Shown piece after piece: positions 1 to 7,803 of a stretch of DNA of 35,676 nt (positions within the stretch are counted from its first letter, which is position 1; every line of letters starts with the position of its first letter). Origin of the DNA: Methanoregula sp. (GTDB taxonomy: Archaea; Halobacteriota; Methanomicrobia; Methanomicrobiales; Methanospirillaceae); contig JBAVWM010000175.1 in assembly GCA_049697815.1 (NCBI GenBank), positions 1 through 35,676 on the forward strand, in the 5' to 3' direction. The notes beneath the pieces are model-generated. The model had not been told where the DNA came from, searched no databases, and worked only from the letters and a program-made list of their open reading frames with translations. The position numbers and the translations under genes are program-made.

Positions 1-238
1 CGCCTACACAACCGTTGCCGCTACCAACAAAAAGACAGTTCCCGTTCGGACTGTTTCCATTACCAAAACAAGTACCAGCAGAACTCCCTGTTTCACACTC
101 TACTGCGTCTCCTGAACCTGTTGGGTAACACATCTGTTGACCCTCCCCCCGGTTCAGATCGCTGATCCTCACGACACATGGTGGTGAATAGACCTGCCGT
201 TCGTCAACGACGTCTCCAACCTTCGTCATCTTCTTCAT
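1..238 (-). CDS. Candidate RiPP precursor peptide 1 (Cys/Gly-rich; 3' end runs off the window)
   Basis: Manual translation from ATG at 238 gives MKKMTKVGDVVDERQVYSPPCVVRISDLNRGEGQQMCYPTGSGDAVECETGSSAGTCFGNGNSPNGNCLFVGSGNGCVG..., 79 codons with no stop. It lies directly downstream of the ScmF-like gene on the same strand and is a paralog of 5961..6170. Confidence 0.85.
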   Translation of the reverse strand, partial: MKKMTKVGDVVDERQVYSPPCVVRISDLNRGEGQQMCYPTGSGDAVECETGSSAGTCFGNGNSPNGNCLFVGSGNGCVG

Positions 239-329
239 TATTTTCCACGTAAAACTTTCATTGAGTACTATATGAATGAATCGGCATTTACCGATGAGGA
301 GGAGACCGTAATTTAGAAAACGGGGAATT

Positions 330-1499
330 TTAGTTCCGCAGCCGGCTTTTCGGAAACACGCCCCGTTGATCTGCTTCGTTGCAGAGACTGTTGGGGGCAA
401 CAAGTTTCCCGCTATAGGAATAGTTTTGCGCAACACAGCCGGTCCGGCATTTCCTCGCGTGGATGCAGGAACCGCAGATGCCGCCGTAATCGCGGGCGTT
501 ATCCAGATCGCGGCGGAGGGCGAGGATCACGGGATGGTTGAGCCAGATCTCCCGGATACTGTCCCTCCCGAGCACCCCGTATACCAGCTCGGGGATGGTC
601 TGCCCGATGCCGCAGAGGGCGATCTCGCCGGTCCCGAGGATACCGAGGATACCGCTGACACCGCAATCGCAGGTCTTCCCCTTCGACCGCCAGAGTTCAT
701 TGAACGGCATCAGGGCCGGGGGCATGGAAAGGAGGACCGGAATTGGGGATGAAGGACGGAGCTCATCGTTGACATACCGGGAAAGTGCAAGGCTTTCTTC
801 AAAGTTGAGCGACTCCCCCTTCTCGTGCATCGCGATACCGCGGCCGGTCCGGGAGACCGGGTTGAACTTCACCGAGGCGGCCATGTGGTCTGCCGCAAGC
901 CGGACCAGTTCCTCCATCCGGTCCCGGTTCCCCCGGTGGATGGACATGATCACCTGCGAATTGGTATACCCTGCGTCGACAAGATGATCAAGGCCCTGCA
1001 AGGCCCGGCTAAATGCACCCTTCACGCCACGGAATGTATCGTGCTCCACGGGATCCGGAGAATCCAGGCTCACCGATATGAAACTGACGTTGGTCTTCTC
1101 TTTCAGGTGCCTGGCCATCTCCGCAGTCATGAGTGTCCCGTTCGTCTCCATGTTCATCGAGATCCCTTCTTCCGTCAGCATGTCCACGATCTCCTCAAAC
1201 TGCGGGTGGAGCATCGGTTCCCCGCCGGTCAGTTTCGCACTGGAGAGGCCGAGCGTCTTGGCCTCGGTCACGGCAGAGTGGAGGGCTCTCTGATCGATTG
1301 TCTTGCCGGGCATGGGTTTATTGCCGGAAAACTCGGGAGTTATCCAGCAGTGCCGGCAGCGGAGGTTGCAGCTTGCAGAAAGATAGAGATAGAACGCGTT
1401 CAGCCGGGGGACGCCGTCCGGCAGGGCCGGAGGGCGCTGTAGGCTCGTGCTGACAGGTTGTTCGGGTACATCACATAATGTCACTGACAATAATGTCAC
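330..1499 (-). CDS. scmF: Radical SAM/SPASM maturase, SynChlorMet cassette ScmF-like
   Basis: CNLRCRHC cluster motif, GGEP, and SPASM cysteines (CDC...LC...CGSCIHARKCRTGC...LC). The N-terminal YLYLSASCNLRCRHCW resembles ScmF. Start is placed at GTG 1499, which overlaps the upstream TGA and has GAGGAGG 7 nt upstream. Confidence 0.85.
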   Translation of the reverse strand: MTLLSVTLCDVPEQPVSTSLQRPPALPDGVPRLNAFYLYLSASCNLRCRHCWITPEFSGNKPMPGKTIDQRALHSAVTEAKTLGLSSAKLTGGEPMLHPQFEEIVDMLTEEGISMNMETNGTLMTAEMARHLKEKTNVSFISVSLDSPDPVEHDTFRGVKGAFSRALQGLDHLVDAGYTNSQVIMSIHRGNRDRMEELVRLAADHMAASVKFNPVSRTGRGIAMHEKGESLNFEESLALSRYVNDELRPSSPIPVLLSMPPALMPFNELWRSKGKTCDCGVSGILGILGTGEIALCGIGQTIPELVYGVLGRDSIREIWLNHPVILALRRDLDNARDYGGICGSCIHARKCRTGCVAQNYSYSGKLVAPNSLCNEADQRGVFPKSRLRN

Positions 1500-1504
1500 T
1501 GACA
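1475..1504. repeat. 15-bp perfect tandem duplication at the scmE/scmF junction
   Basis: ATAATGTCACTGACA at 1475-1489 and 1490-1504. Confidence 0.95.
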
Positions 1505-2641
1505 CGCCTCCTCGTTCATAAAAATCCGGTAACAGGTGTTGGGATCGCGCCCGATAAGATTTCCAGTCCGTGCCATCACCGATGCCGGACACCCCCCGGC
1601 ACAGAACCAGGCATACCGGCAGTCAGTACAGGAAGGAACAACGGTTATTGGCAGCTCACGTCTCAGCCTGACCGCGTTAATAGCCGGGGAGTGAAGCCAT
1701 GCCTCCTTCAGCGGGTGCATTCCCATCACGCCCATGACAAGCTTGGGGAGCATATTACACGGCACCATCGTCCCGTCATGAAGCACCGCCATCTTGGAAA
1801 AGACCCCCCCGCAGCAGTTGAGCTTCCCGCGGCCGGGAATGCCGGTCTCACCGCGGGCAATGCGTTCTTCAATATCCTTTACAGCGTGAGCTTTCGTAAG
1901 CGGTCCTGCGTTTGCTGAGATCCTCCCGTTATACTTCTCGTTCAATGCCGTGAGGATCTTCATCGCCTGCAGCTGGTCCTCTTTTGAGAGAACAATGTTC
2001 TCCCCTTCACACTTTGCCGTTCCCATTGCTTCGGTCCCGTTGGTGCTGAAGCCAGAAAGACCGATGTCATCAAGGAGGAGCCGGGCGGTATTTTCCAGGT
2101 CGTCAATATTGTGGTGGTTCAGGGTCATCCGGACCGTAACCGGGAACCCGGCAGCCTTCAGGAGCCGCAGGCCCCGGATGGCCCGGTCGAAGCTTGCCGG
2201 GGGACGGGATTTATCGTGTACCTCCGCACAGGAACCGTCAATCGAGACCTGGACGGAGTCCATGCGGAGACGACGTTTGCCTTTTGAAAATGCAGAAATG
2301 ACCTCTTCTGTGACAAGCGTCCCGTTCGTTAAGAGCCGGTACCGCATCCTGTTATCAACAACCCCGTCAATAATGGTGAAGAGATCGGACCGGACAAACG
2401 GTTCTCCTCCGGCAAGGGTAACCCTCCGGACCCCGAGGTCTCCTATCTCCTTGAGAAATGCCAGCCACTGTTCCGTGGGAAGGTCGGTATAACGCCCTTT
2501 CATACTGTCGGCATAGAAACAGTAGCGGCAGGAGAGGTTGCACCTGCCGGTCAGCTGAAGCTCTATCGTATCCGGCGCTGACGGGACGCCCCGTGGCGGC
2601 GCGGTGAGATCAGCGGTCAGGGGATATTCCTGCACCGGCAT
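1496..2641 (-). CDS. scmE: Radical SAM/SPASM maturase, SynChlorMet cassette ScmE-like
   Basis: CNLSCRYC motif, DLPTEQW...LAGGEPF, SPASM (CCGG...PC...CTDCRYAWFCAGGC...DPNTC). GGAGGTGG RBS upstream of the ATG. Confidence 0.88.
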   Translation of the reverse strand: MPVQEYPLTADLTAPPRGVPSAPDTIELQLTGRCNLSCRYCFYADSMKGRYTDLPTEQWLAFLKEIGDLGVRRVTLAGGEPFVRSDLFTIIDGVVDNRMRYRLLTNGTLVTEEVISAFSKGKRRLRMDSVQVSIDGSCAEVHDKSRPPASFDRAIRGLRLLKAAGFPVTVRMTLNHHNIDDLENTARLLLDDIGLSGFSTNGTEAMGTAKCEGENIVLSKEDQLQAMKILTALNEKYNGRISANAGPLTKAHAVKDIEERIARGETGIPGRGKLNCCGGVFSKMAVLHDGTMVPCNMLPKLVMGVMGMHPLKEAWLHSPAINAVRLRRELPITVVPSCTDCRYAWFCAGGCPASVMARTGNLIGRDPNTCYRIFMNEEACQ

Positions 2642-2972
2642 CCACCTCCAGAATATACTCAGGGTGGAGAGTGCAAATGAACGTTTCAGCGTCCCTGATA
2701 ACAGCAGCTATATCGGGGGTATCGCGGAAGGTTGCCTGCAGGTGTGATGCTATCTCGTCCAGGCTCCGGGGCTGTGCGAGATAATACCATGTGGTAAGAC
2801 CGGTACCGTTGATAAGGGTTGTAGTATCGGTATCTGCGTTAAAGAGAATCGCACCATCCCCTTCAGCCCTGCACGAGACCACAGGGTTTGCCACAAACCG
2901 GTCCTTGCTGCGGTGTTCTGACTGTTTTACCTCAATAACATCCTCTTTTATGGGTAATTTCTTCCGCTTCAT
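2610..2972 (-). CDS. PqqD-family RiPP recognition element (RRE) protein
   Basis: ANPVVSCRAEGDGAILFNADTDTTTLINGTGLTTW...SLDEIA pattern typical of PqqD domains. It overlaps the scmE start; the exact start is uncertain. Confidence 0.8.
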   Translation of the reverse strand: MKRKKLPIKEDVIEVKQSEHRSKDRFVANPVVSCRAEGDGAILFNADTDTTTLINGTGLTTWYYLAQPRSLDEIASHLQATFRDTPDIAAVIRDAETFICTLHPEYILEVDAGAGISPDR

Positions 2973-3005
2973 AGATCTCTCCTTCCCATGAGGCCTGAAT
3001 AAACG

Positions 3006-3314
3006 TTACCCCTTCCGGTGAGTCATGATCTCGTACCCTATGAATCCTTCTTCAGCAAGAAGATGGAGGAGCGAGAGGATATCCTCACCGACTTTGTCCG
3101 GAACATTCCGGAAACAGCTGCTGACAGCTGCAGTGATATCCGAAGGAGTGCGCCTGCCATCAATCTGTTTCCAGACCATCGTGCCTGTCGCGTTGAGCGC
3201 AAGCGCAGATCCCGTGTCGCAGTTGACGAGAACAAGTCCGCCATCAACATCTTCCTGGGAGATAACCGCAGGATTTGCAACGGGAATTGAACCAAGCTCT
3301 GTCTGGTCAACCAT
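3006..3314 (-). CDS. scmD: PqqD-family RRE protein, ScmD-like
   Basis: PVANPAVISQEDVDGGLVLVNCDTGSALALNATGTMVWKQIDGRRT...L..EGFIG, a 102-aa PqqD pattern, first gene of the rSAM operon. Confidence 0.8.
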   Translation of the reverse strand: MVDQTELGSIPVANPAVISQEDVDGGLVLVNCDTGSALALNATGTMVWKQIDGRRTPSDITAAVSSCFRNVPDKVGEDILSLLHLLAEEGFIGYEIMTHRKG

Positions 3315-3661
3315 TATTCCTGAATATGTTTATTGTTTTGGTAAAAATACATGATGTTATCCTCATCGCAGGGACAGGGCCGGAATCATCGCGCTGAAAT
3401 CAGGCAAAAAATACCGGAAAAACCTGCAGATGCCCTGATGGCACGGGGGAAATAATTTACCGTTCCGGTAACTACCTACATTATTGTGACTCCCGACCTT
3501 TTTCCCATGGGGTACAAGGATGGATTTGAACCGGCTGGTGAGGTGTTTCCTGGACCGGGGGCTTTTGTTTGCGCTGAAGATCCGGCGGGGCAGTGCCCAA
3601 AAAAATGCCGTTGTAGTTCATTCACGGTCTGTTCGCACCGGCAACAGGGAATTGTGCCACC

Positions 3662-5503
3662 ATGAGCCTATCCGAAACCCTTCCGGCCCTTTCCCGCGAA
3701 TGGTCTTCGATGAGGATTATCATTGTCCGGGCAGTCAGGCTCGTCTTTAAGCATACCCCGGGATGGACGCTCCTCTCCCTTCTCCTCATTTTCGTGATGG
3801 GGTTGCTCCCGCTTGCCGGCCTTTTTGTCATGAAACTGATGGTGGACACGGTATCGGCCGGAATCGCGGCGACAGATAAGGCACCGCTGGTCAGCTATCT
3901 CGCGCTTCTTATCATCATTGCAGCGACGATCTCCATTATCACCGTGTTGTTCAGGGCGCTTTCTTCCTATGCAACGGAAGTCCAGTCCATCCGGATGAGC
4001 GAGGTCATCTCCGATATGATCCAGAGCCATTCCATCAGCCTCGACCTTGCCTATTACGAGAATCCCGAGTATTTCAACACCCTGCACCGGGCCCAGCTGG
4101 AAGGTCCCACCCGCCCGGCAAAAATTGTGAGCGATATTGTCCAGGTCGCCCAGAGCTGTATCTCTCTTGGGGCTGTGGGTGCTGTCATCATCACGTTCTC
4201 TCCCCTTGCGGGAGTTGTCCTTGTATTCGCGGCCATTCCCGCGGCAGCCCTCCGCCTCTGGTATTCAAGACGGTTCTATGAACTCCAGCAGCACCAGACA
4301 GAATCTGAACGAAAAAGCAGCTATTACCACCGTATGATGTCCGGGATATACCATGCAAAGGAAGTCCGGCTCTTTGGTCTCGGCCCCTATTTCAAGGAGA
4401 CATATCGTGACCTTCAGGAGCCCCTCCATCGGGCCCGGCTTGCCCTGTTGCGTTCCCGGGTGACCCTGGATATCGTGGCTCAGGGGTTCATCACGGCAGC
4501 AATCTTTGGTTCTTTTGCCGTCATCGCGCTGATGGCCCTGGAGGGGACCGTTACGCTTGGTGATATGGTGGTGTATTTTATGGCGTTCCAGATGTGTATC
4601 GGCTATGTCCAGTCCATTTTCGGGAACCTTGGTGCACTCTACGAAGATCAGCTTTTCCTCCGCAATCTCTTCCTGTTCCTCGATCTTCAGCCAGGAATCG
4701 CCGCCCCGGCACACCCGGTCCCGCTCAACAAACCCCTCCGTGAAGGAGTCCAGGTGGAGAATGTGACATTTACGTACGCCGGCGCAAAAGCACCTGCTCT
4801 GATAAACGTGAACCTGACCCTGCATCCGGGCGAAGTGATAGCCTTTGTCGGGGGAAACGGTGCAGGAAAGAGCACGCTTGTCAAACTCATCTGCCGGCTG
4901 TACTCCCCCGATACCGGGAAGATCCTGGCGGATGGACAGGATCTTTCAGAAGTCAGTCCTGAAGACTGGCAGAGCCGTCTCACCGTCCTCTTCCAGGATT
5001 ATGTACATTACAACATGACCGTGCGGGAGAATATCTGGCTGGCAGATATCACCCGTTCTTACGATTCCCCGGATATTGCTAGGGCCGCCGAGAAGGCGGA
5101 TGTGGATGCGGTCATTAACCGGTTTCCTCATACCTACCGCACAATGCTCGGACATAGTTTTTCAGGAGGACAGGAACTGAGCACCGGAGAATGGCAGAAG
5201 ATTGCGCTTGCCCGGGCATTTTTTCGGAACGCTGAAATTGTTATCCTTGACGAACCGGCAAGTTCCCTCGATGCTCTTGCAGAGGCAGAGATCTTCAGAA
5301 AATTCAAGGAGATCGTTGGCGGGAGATCGGCGATACTCATCAGTCACCGGTTCTCCACGGTGCTGATGGCGGATCGTATTTATGTCCTTGATAGAGGGCA
5401 GGTTGTTGAACAAGGGACCCATGCCGAACTCATGTCCCGGAACGGGTGGTATGCCACGATGTTCCATGCACAGGCAGATGCTTACCGGGAATCTTCATCC
5501 TGA
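3662..5503 (+). CDS. ABC exporter, fused permease/ATP-binding protein
   Basis: N-terminal TM helices, Walker A GGNGAGKST, signature LSTGEWQ, Walker B VILDEP, and ISHR switch. No N-terminal C39 peptidase domain is visible. Confidence 0.93.
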   Translation: MSLSETLPALSREWSSMRIIIVRAVRLVFKHTPGWTLLSLLLIFVMGLLPLAGLFVMKLMVDTVSAGIAATDKAPLVSYLALLIIIAATISIITVLFRALSSYATEVQSIRMSEVISDMIQSHSISLDLAYYENPEYFNTLHRAQLEGPTRPAKIVSDIVQVAQSCISLGAVGAVIITFSPLAGVVLVFAAIPAAALRLWYSRRFYELQQHQTESERKSSYYHRMMSGIYHAKEVRLFGLGPYFKETYRDLQEPLHRARLALLRSRVTLDIVAQGFITAAIFGSFAVIALMALEGTVTLGDMVVYFMAFQMCIGYVQSIFGNLGALYEDQLFLRNLFLFLDLQPGIAAPAHPVPLNKPLREGVQVENVTFTYAGAKAPALINVNLTLHPGEVIAFVGGNGAGKSTLVKLICRLYSPDTGKILADGQDLSEVSPEDWQSRLTVLFQDYVHYNMTVRENIWLADITRSYDSPDIARAAEKADVDAVINRFPHTYRTMLGHSFSGGQELSTGEWQKIALARAFFRNAEIVILDEPASSLDALAEAEIFRKFKEIVGGRSAILISHRFSTVLMADRIYVLDRGQVVEQGTHAELMSRNGWYATMFHAQADAYRESSS

Positions 5504-5507
5504 CACC

Positions 5508-5703
5508 CGGGAGCGGTGTGTACCTCCTATAGGCAGTAAGTATTAGCAGGGTTCAACCGGAGGTGGTGGGAATTGTCCCTTCCTGGATTGGGAGACACGG
5601 CGATTTGGAATACGGGAAAATCTGCTGCCGGTTATGGATGTAGCGCGGAAAATTCTGCGGACATCGTTGGTTGTTCGTTGGGCAGCAGCGGATCGAATGA
5701 CTC
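5508..5703 (+). pseudogene. Decayed third copy of the precursor peptide gene
   Basis: Frameshifted pieces RERCVPP / VSIS / FNR / GGGNCP / PGLGDTAIWNTGKSAAGYGCSAENSADIVGCSLGSSGSND align in order with the two intact precursors. There is no start codon with the leader in frame. Confidence 0.5.
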
Positions 5704-5923
5704 CTTTTTAATCGTCTGCCTTTTTTGTATCTCCCTGATTCCAGGGGGGTCGGCTCCGGCAGAAAGGCGGTATAATGCGAATACTCCTGAGGAAGAACAT
5801 TCCCCGGCATGCTGATGCGATTCCTTAACACGCACTCTGGCTTCGAGCGATATCTGTCCGTATTGTCATACAGTTCTGCGTTACGGAGAGTGGGTCTGCT
5901 TCCGGGAGAAAGGGTTCATCATA

Positions 5924-5955
5924 TTTAAATAACATCAGAAGAAAAAATGGAGTGA
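5924..5955 (+). promoter_or_regulatory. Archaeal TATA box and RBS for precursor 2
   Basis: TTTAAATA at 5924-5931 and GGAGTGA at 5949-5955 ahead of ATG 5961. Confidence 0.55.
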
Positions 5956-5960
5956 TTGAA

Positions 5961-6170
5961 ATGGATGAGCCGTCAAAGGATTCTGGTGTGTGCGATTCGC
6001 GTGCCGTCTATATTCCGCCGTGTGTGGTAAGGATCAGCGATCTGAACCGGGGTGAGGGTCAACAGGCATGCACGCCGACAGGCTCAGGAGATACAGAGTG
6101 GTGTGAACAAGGGAATTCTGCGGGTTTTGCATGCAATCCCGGCATGAGCGGAGATTGTCCAAAACTTTGA
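5961..6170 (+). CDS. Candidate RiPP precursor peptide 2 (69 aa)
   Basis: MDEPSKDSGVCDSRAVYIPPCVVRISDLNRGEGQQACTPTGSGDTEWCEQGNSAGFACNPGMSGDCPKL. It has a 17-aa block identical to precursor 1 and its own TATA/RBS. Confidence 0.85.
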   Translation: MDEPSKDSGVCDSRAVYIPPCVVRISDLNRGEGQQACTPTGSGDTEWCEQGNSAGFACNPGMSGDCPKL

Positions 6171-6316
6171 CGAGAAATCGTAATCTGATTTTTTTCAATG
6201 GATATATGACTCTTTTTTGATTATGTACCAGGCTGACACACCCGGGCATTTGTACCAGACAGGGAAAAAAGAACTTTAATTATCTGTCTATGACGAGATA
6301 TCAATAGGTTGAATGT

Positions 6317-7609
6317 ATGGAGTATTTCAGTGATTTTTCTTCCATCCATTACCGGGATCCCAGGGATAAGGATTATATTGACAATATGCAGTTACCCGTT
6401 CACCGGTGGTTCAGGTTTCCCGGCGCTTTTTCAGCGATCTGGACAGCGAAGATCATGCACTGGTACGCAGAACAACAGGGAATTCCTCCGGAAGAAATTA
6501 CGGTGCTGGATCCCTTTGCCGGTTCGGGGACAACCGTTCTTGTCGCAGAGAGAATGGGCATGCCTGCGTATGGGATCGAAGCACACCCCGTCCTTTTGAG
6601 GATCGCACAAACGAAACTCCTCTGGGATACTGAACCTGAAAAATTCAGAGATTTTTCCGGAAAAATTCTCCGGTGTGTAAAAAACGAAAACAGTGAGATG
6701 AAAGAATATCCCCGTGAAATTCATACTCTCTATACAAAAGATATTCTGTCCAGACTGAATGCCTTACGGTGTGCCTGGGAAAAGCTGGATGACGAAACGC
6801 CGGAATCGCACCTTGCATGGTTAGCCATCACCGAGATTTTGCATTATGCTTCCTCTAAAAGGAGAGATTCTCCAGAGACTCCATTGCACGATAAAACCGG
6901 AACTCTCCAGAAAAATCCCCGTGATCTTTTTTTGGCGCAGGTGAACAGGATGCTTGAGGATATGACAGTATTTCAGGGTACCGCAAAAAAAACCGGTAAA
7001 ATCTTTTTGGGAGATTCACGGTTCGATACACAGATCTCTGATAATACGATCTCCCTTGTAATCACAGCACCTCCCTTTTTAAACAACTTTGATTATGCCA
7101 GCGCTTCACTACGGGAATCAGGCTTTTGGGGAATTCATGATAACGAGGGTAATCTTCAGGAAAAACTCCGGAAGGATCTGGTCCGTACTTTTACCCGGCG
7201 GGTATCTTCAGAAACAGAGGAAAAGGAACGGTATCTGGAAACGCTGAAAAACACGCCCATATCTGGTGAAATTAAAAAAATTGCTGAATTGCTTGAAGAA
7301 AAACGAAAGAGTTCCAGCGATAAAAAATACTATCATGTCATGATGCCCGCATACTTCTCTGATCTTTTTTGTGTCTGGAAAAACCTGCGAAGGATGTGCA
7401 AAGAGGATTGTACGATTGCTTTTGTGATCAGTGATTCTGCTCATCACGGGGTTCATATCCCAACGGAGGAATGGATGGGAAAACTGGCAATGGCATCGGG
7501 TTTCAAAGAATATCATTTTGTGAAAACCCGAACCCAGAATACACAATGGATACCGGAAAAGGAAAAAGATCCCGTACCTTTAAGGGAAGGAATATTATGG
7601 GTACGATAA
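6317..7609 (+). CDS. Site-specific DNA methyltransferase-like protein (amino-MTase, motif I before motif IV), atypical catalytic motif
   Basis: HRWFRFPGAFS, SAM-binding VLDPFAGSGTT, and ITAPPFLNNFDY at the position of the usual TSPPY. Confidence 0.8.
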   Translation: MEYFSDFSSIHYRDPRDKDYIDNMQLPVHRWFRFPGAFSAIWTAKIMHWYAEQQGIPPEEITVLDPFAGSGTTVLVAERMGMPAYGIEAHPVLLRIAQTKLLWDTEPEKFRDFSGKILRCVKNENSEMKEYPREIHTLYTKDILSRLNALRCAWEKLDDETPESHLAWLAITEILHYASSKRRDSPETPLHDKTGTLQKNPRDLFLAQVNRMLEDMTVFQGTAKKTGKIFLGDSRFDTQISDNTISLVITAPPFLNNFDYASASLRESGFWGIHDNEGNLQEKLRKDLVRTFTRRVSSETEEKERYLETLKNTPISGEIKKIAELLEEKRKSSSDKKYYHVMMPAYFSDLFCVWKNLRRMCKEDCTIAFVISDSAHHGVHIPTEEWMGKLAMASGFKEYHFVKTRTQNTQWIPEKEKDPVPLREGILWVR

Positions 7610-7803
7610 TCCGGACCTGACGAAATCCTTACATTAATTTTCTTAAGGGAATAAAATCAGGAGACCGGCGATCCTCGTAAGTCGCCGGTTCTGGATGGGC
7701 TGATGGTGGATCGTATCTATGCTCTCAGGGACGGGCAGAAACATTGAACAGGAGATACAAACCTGGCTTATGGCCGGGAAAAGCACGAAGAAACAACCTG
7801 CCA

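Noticed and set aside
1500..1592. N-terminal extension of the 420-aa rSAM ORF
   Set aside because: It overlaps the scmE 3' end. A GTG with a strong RBS and stop/start overlap at 1499 is a better start.
1496..3314. PQQ biosynthesis (pqqDE) interpretation
   Set aside because: No pqqB or pqqC, and no ExxxY PqqA-like peptide.
3520..3750. ORF starting MDLNR, echoing the DLNR of the precursor leader
   Set aside because: The match is only four residues, with no YxPP or Cys-Gly-Ser modules, and the ORF overlaps the ABC gene.
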